A DNA stretch of 63,999 nucleotides, the filler included, from Circinaria calcarea (Eukaryota): assembly GCA_051942165.1 (NCBI GenBank). It is 13 parts of 13 records of this genome, joined end to end, with 100 filler letters (N's around TTAATTAATTAA, not from the genome) between each part and the next. Parts side by side here need not be neighbours in the genome. Positions count along the whole stretch, not along the records: positions 59,371 to 63,999 come from JAVECS010002245.1; 12 more parts are not named here. The stretch is one strand, 5' to 3'. The first letter of the stretch is position 1; each line of letters opens with the position of its first letter. The notes under the pieces were generated by a model that saw only the letters and a list, made by a program, of their open reading frames with translations, had not been told where the DNA came from and ran no database searches. Of this stretch, positions 59,271-63,999 are shown piece after piece. A program made the translations under genes and the position numbers.

Positions 59271-59370
59271 NNNNNNNNNNNNNNNNNNNNNNNNNNNNNN
59301 NNNNNNNNNNNNNNTTAATTAATTAANNNNNNNNNNNNNNNNNNNNNNNNNNNNNNNNNNNNNNNNNNNN

Positions 59371-59830
59371 TATATGTATTTTATTAATATTATGTAGGTA
59401 TAAGCTTATAAGCCTCTTTTTATGTCTCTGTATAAAATCTTTTGTCTAATTCTTTCTAACAGGGCCGTTCAGCACTTCCTCCGCAAAATTTTATATTATT
59501 CTGCTAATTAGAAGTATTCCTCGGTCGGTTAAATGATTGATTTGGTCTATTAATGCCTCTTCTTGATTGTTAGTAAATCGTTAAATATATTTAAAGGCGG
59601 CGTTTTGGCGAGATATGGTTTGACCCTTCCAGTATCTTTTTAGAGTGTTTTCGACCAGGCCGTATTTTCTGGCGGTGGCCCGTATATTCAGGTGTATTTG
59701 AGCGTTTAGATCTACAAGAGCTAAATTAATTAAGGCCATATTGGTGGAGTAATGAATTTTTAAAATAGTGGGTGGAATGCGGGGAAAATGCGGCATTGGG
59801 CCGGATGCGGCATAGCTCCGGGATATCTGG
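59371..59830 (-). mobile_element. RIP-degraded Fot1/pogo-like DNA transposon, left end and transposase N-terminus (ATG 59739)
   Basis: NIRATARKYGLVENTL..YWKG (HTH_psq-like) and QEEALIDQINHLTDRG...NFAEE...KN*T (CENP-B-type HTH) with stops; AT-rich; ends at a TA (59831..59832). Confidence 0.88.
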
Positions 59831-59867
59831 TAGGGTTCGTAGGGGTTTGTAGGGTAGAGCCCTTACA
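59831..59867 (-). mobile_element. 5' stub of an LTR (TGTAAGGGCTCTACC...) interrupted by the Fot1-like element
   Basis: Near-identical to 15339..15375. Confidence 0.75.
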
Positions 59868-60473
59868 GGCGTATTAATAAGGCAGTTAGAACAGTAGACA
59901 GCCAGTAGGCTATTGTCACTGCCCCCAACGCGTATGCTGCATAAATCATCCTCGGGTTGCGGAAGGTCTTATTATAGAAATGTAGGACCGAGACTTTTAC
60001 GAGTGTATTGGCAGTTGGCCAGAGCAGCGTTGCGGCCATGGTCCTCTGATGTTGTCAGCTTGTGCTTCTATGCTAGCACCATGTCTTTGCAGGTATACTT
60101 TGGCGAAAATAGTAAGCTCCTCAGAATTCAGCGCAATGATGTGCTATGCGTAGTCTCCCTTGATACTGGCTGTTACTCCTATTATTCCATGCTCATGGAG
60201 AACGCTAAGGGAGCATATCTATGATGGAATTGACGTTAAATCCCAACGTGGAAATCTTGGGATAAGCTTAGTACGAGCCCATGTATGAGGATTTGGAAGG
60301 CTAAATACCGATGTTACGAATATCGCATAGTCATTGAAACACAAAGGGGTTCTTTTAAGCCTTCTTGCCCATATTCTGAGAGCGATGAAAACCAAAGGCC
60401 AAACTGAGAACAAAACACTGGCACCTAACACAGCTCTTACCCGACATTGGTGAGGACAGGAGAGAGGTGCCAT
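59868..60473 (-). pseudogene. PTH11-like (fungal rhodopsin domain) membrane protein truncated by LTR insertion
   Basis: FIALRIWARRLKR.PL.FNDY, then LLWPTANTLVKVSVLHFY..TF...AYWLSTVLTALLIR running directly into the LTR's TG. Confidence 0.8.
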
Positions 60474-60582
60474 GCTGGAGTGAATAAGTAAAAGTAAATG
60501 GGAGAGGTTTTATTGGATTTGTTGTAGCTGAACAAAAATGGATTGAGTGTAAAGGTAAAAATATACTGCGTTACCAACGTTG

Positions 60583-60732
60583 TGTTGAAATGCAGTAATG
60601 TGTGTTGGCATTCATGCTAAGTGCAAGTATGTAACTCTTTAACTATCTAAGCAGCGAAAAAGTGCTTTTTATGGTGTGTGTAGGAAGTGTTGAGCATGGA
60701 CCTCCTATGCAACACATGCCTCACTTCCAACA
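60583..60732 (-). mobile_element. 150-bp copia-type solo LTR, related to 40345..40987
   Basis: TGTTG...CAACA ends; high identity to the reverse complement of 40374..40482 plus 40960..40987; no clean TSD. Confidence 0.8.
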
Positions 60733-61407
60733 ATGTCACACCCCACGCCTGTATGCCTAGCCGCATAAGTGGTACAGTTGAGCTGTGAAGATCCAAATAC
60801 GTTTTGAGGCAGTATCATTACTGTGATTGATGGACAAGGGGACTTACCTTATCAAGTTATGACATGTGATATCATATCACTGCAGATTATGCAAACCTTC
60901 CGCCTAGGGTTCCAGCGAACCTACAATTAAGGCTGCTGTATTTGTTTCAGGCTGTCTCCTCTACGAGGCCTATGCAGCATAGATAGGCCTAATTGTCCGC
61001 CCGCGGCGTCTTCCTACGCCAACAAAAACGGCACGGATGAGCACAGGGATCGCATAGAACATTCAGAGTCCATAGGGGTCCATTACCTCTGTTTTATGCG
61101 CGATTACTACCGTCACTACGATTACGGTATATAGAGCTATGCCCACATTGTTTCTTCCTCTTCATTAAATATATGGATCACTAGGAAACCATACTGAAAC
61201 CAATACAATCAACTATGCCAATTATTGCACATCTTAACAAGAACTAAAATCTTCTTGCTCAAGGTACGGCAACCTGGAACATACCACCCTCAAATCTTCG
61301 TATCTCGACCTATCTTTGCTATTCTATTTGCTTTGACAAGCAGTGCCTGATCAAATATACTTGCTGTATACAATTTTTATTAATTAGCAGTCAGGAACAC
61401 TCCTATT

Positions 61408-62684
61408 ATGGAGAATACCAATAGAGGCCCGGAATTCCTTGCTATCTTCGGTACCGGAATCGGAGTTGCCGCTATTCTTGTTTGTATACGATTATGGGTC
61501 AGAGCTCGGATCCTCCGGAAGGTTGGACCAGACGATTGGGTTGTAGCTGTTTCTCTTGTGGGTTATGCTTTCATAGCTCTTTTTCAATTTCCAGACTATA
61601 TATAAAAGAGACTAAGGGGAATAGTTGACTTACTATAAATACGATACAGATCCTCTCCCTTTGCTCGCTATCCCTGATGAGTTGCGCTGTCCATTATGGT
61701 CTTGGGCGGCATACACAATTCTTGACCGATTATCAAGCACACCAGGCGATTAAATTTATATGGATTGCGTTTACTTTCACGCCGTCTGCTGAAGCAACTG
61801 CGAAAATCTCTATTGCCATTATGCTTATGCGTATCACGACGAGTAAAAAGTGGAAATAGTTCTTCTCAACTTTGATTGTTCTTATTATATTAATTACAAT
61901 CGCGAGTCTACTATCTTTTTTCCTTTGCTGTCATCCTATTGAGGCTCTTTGGACCACTCGAGGGTTATGCAATGCTTATGAGAGGACGGTGGATATTTAT
62001 ATCCAGGGTGGTAAGTATTCGATGCAATTTCTAAATCAATATCGCACCTTCTCTAATTAAATAAATAGTTATGGCGGCTGGTTATGACTCCATATTAGCT
62101 ATTTCTCCAATGTTCTTATTATGGAAAGTGCAGATTAGTCGCCGTTCAAAATGGCTACTTTGCGGCTTACTGGCACTTGGATTCTTGTGAGTTATAATTA
62201 TTTACCGCTTTTAACTCATAATTATCTGTCCCTAATATACCTAATTAATCGTAGCACAAGTGCAGCCGGCATTCTACGAATAACATACACCCCTGATACA
62301 TCAAACACAACGGATCCTACTTGCAAGTGTAACCAAAATTTGCCAATTACTTAGACCCCTTGACTGACGAGTATACTAGGGGCTGTGATGAATTTTGTGA
62401 TTTGGAAGACGTGAGTAAATATCTTCGTTCTCAACGCACAGAGCTAACATGTTTTCAGAGTTGAACTACCTTTAAGTATCATTGTTGGATGCCTTCCAAC
62501 GCTACGTCCACTCTTTGACACTGAAAAACGGCGGAGTCACAGAGGAGCTCTGCGAATGATTGATAATACCTATCCCCTCACAGGCACCAGGGTAAATAAG
62601 GCGATTAAGAAAACCACCTTCATCAAAGTCGACCCGAGTCGCATGCCCTCGGGCGATGACTCCGCCACTAATCATGAAGTGTAA
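61408..62684 (+). pseudogene. PTH11-like (fungal rhodopsin domain) membrane protein, full length with one premature stop
   Basis: NRGP...IRLWVR...GPDDW, HYGLGRH, AKISIAIMLMRI, CHPIEALW and IIVGCLPTLRPLF motifs; TAG at 61857 where W is expected; one GC-AG intron 62323..62379. Confidence 0.8.
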
Positions 62685-63999
62685 AAAGTCGAAGACCGAG
62701 TCTAAAATGCTCTTGGGTCTGGTGCACTGGGTCTGGGAAATTTCTTGTCCATGTTGTGCGTCTAGTCGGGGCCAGGGAACTTGGTAAAGAGTGATATGAG
62801 TTTATCAGTAAAGCTAAATGGATATACCATATAACTTGGCTCTACTGCTACAATAAGTGGATTTGTAAATTACCCTCGGTATGTGAACCCTGGGCACCTG
62901 GCTGTGATTTGAATGCTCGATTTAATTCTTTATATTGACCTCATGGGCCTTCTACATTTGTTTCCAGTGGTGAATTTCCACACCCGGATTCGATCGCTTA
63001 CATTATAGGACTACTATTGGGTAGCCGTAATTAAAGCCGGTGGAAATAAAAAGGATAACAGGCGCCAATCAGAAACAGAGTAACTGAGAATCCACTTGTT
63101 TTATTCAACTCTTGAAGCATAGAGCCTGACTTCTCTACAAAGGTACGGCGTTAACCCTATCCCTTATCTTTCACCTCCTTCGACCGAAGCCGAAGTGGAG
63201 GCAAGAGCAGCCGTTTTCAGGAAAGATGGTATGAAGATGAATCGTAAGATATCCTGAACGAGAGAGGGAAGGCAGTACGTTCCGGTCGATGGAGATGGTG
63301 AACCGACCAATCTAACAACTAGAGAGACATGGTGAGTTCGTGATCAAGGTGACAAAGATCGACAAGGGGACCGGATTGCAAGAGTTTGGAGATGTTTCAG
63401 AATTTCGATGCCATCAGGCGCTTGAGTAAGAGTGGTTAATAATGATGACTGGTGGAAAAGATATCAGAGAAATGAGCAGACACGGTTCAGTCTCAGTTAT
63501 GAGTACTTCACCAAAAGGGATCTAAGGAAGCGGTGGAAGACGATCCCCTTACTGCCTAAGCTATGTTCGGAGCACTTAACTTCCCTAGAGCGGATGGACG
63601 GTAGCCCGCGGGCCAACACCTAGAGAGCGTGGCATGGAATATGCATAGGAAGCCCTGAAAAGAGTGGATGAATCTCATCAACCATCATGTTTGAAGGCTC
63701 GATATCTCTCCTTGGATGTTCGAGTAAGAGACAGTACTACTTGATAGAGAACATTGCATCGTACACCAGTTATAATATCATCTTGGATATTGACTGGAAG
63801 CTGTCTGATGAAATAGCTACGGTCACGTTGTGAGAGAGCATTTTGGAGGGGTCAAATAATGGTATGAAGCTATCGAAATACTATGGGTTTATAGTAGTAT
63901 TTATGGTAGTCATGACCCTGTAGCTTGCCCACTTAGAAGCGGAGCAGCAAACATTCAAATAAAGGATTCATTGAACCTCCGGGAGCATTCTGCATGCAA

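Noticed and set aside
4912..59326. Regularly spaced TTAATTAATTAA repeats as a biological array
   Set aside because: Always embedded in 44+44 N; this is an artificial six-frame-stop linker.
63100..63999. Possible decayed gene at the window end
   Set aside because: Only short broken frames; no family could be assigned from the sequence.

Overview
Filamentous ascomycete (Pezizomycotina) nuclear DNA. The window is not one locus. It is 13 unrelated contigs of about 4.8 kb, sorted by decreasing length and joined by an artificial 100-bp linker (44 N + TTAATTAATTAA + 44 N), so adjacency across linkers means nothing. Conserved genes, several cut by contig ends: GCP5, a KTR/GT15 mannosyltransferase, DDB1, a ZTA1-like quinone reductase, POP1, HTD2, SMI1/KNR4, a 7-exon zinc-ribbon gene missed by the ORF track, DUR3 and LRG1. 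Accessory content: a HeLo-like/ankyrin protein, a P450, an intronless unknown protein, many pseudogenes with RIP-type nonsense changes, and nested solo LTRs, MITEs and a Fot1-like relic. Two insertions can be verified against empty-site copies on other contigs in this window. Best leads: (1) a spliced C2H2 zinc-finger/trypsin-like serine protease fusion with an intact triad; (2) a RIP-mutated, 5'-truncated 5S rRNA gene abutting AT-rich relic DNA, possibly the edge of a 5S-targeting element; (3) a decayed Ulp1-like protease next to a GATA-like finger; (4) tandem PTS2 motifs upstream of a second ATG in the quinone reductase. All family calls come from motif recognition only; no searches were run.
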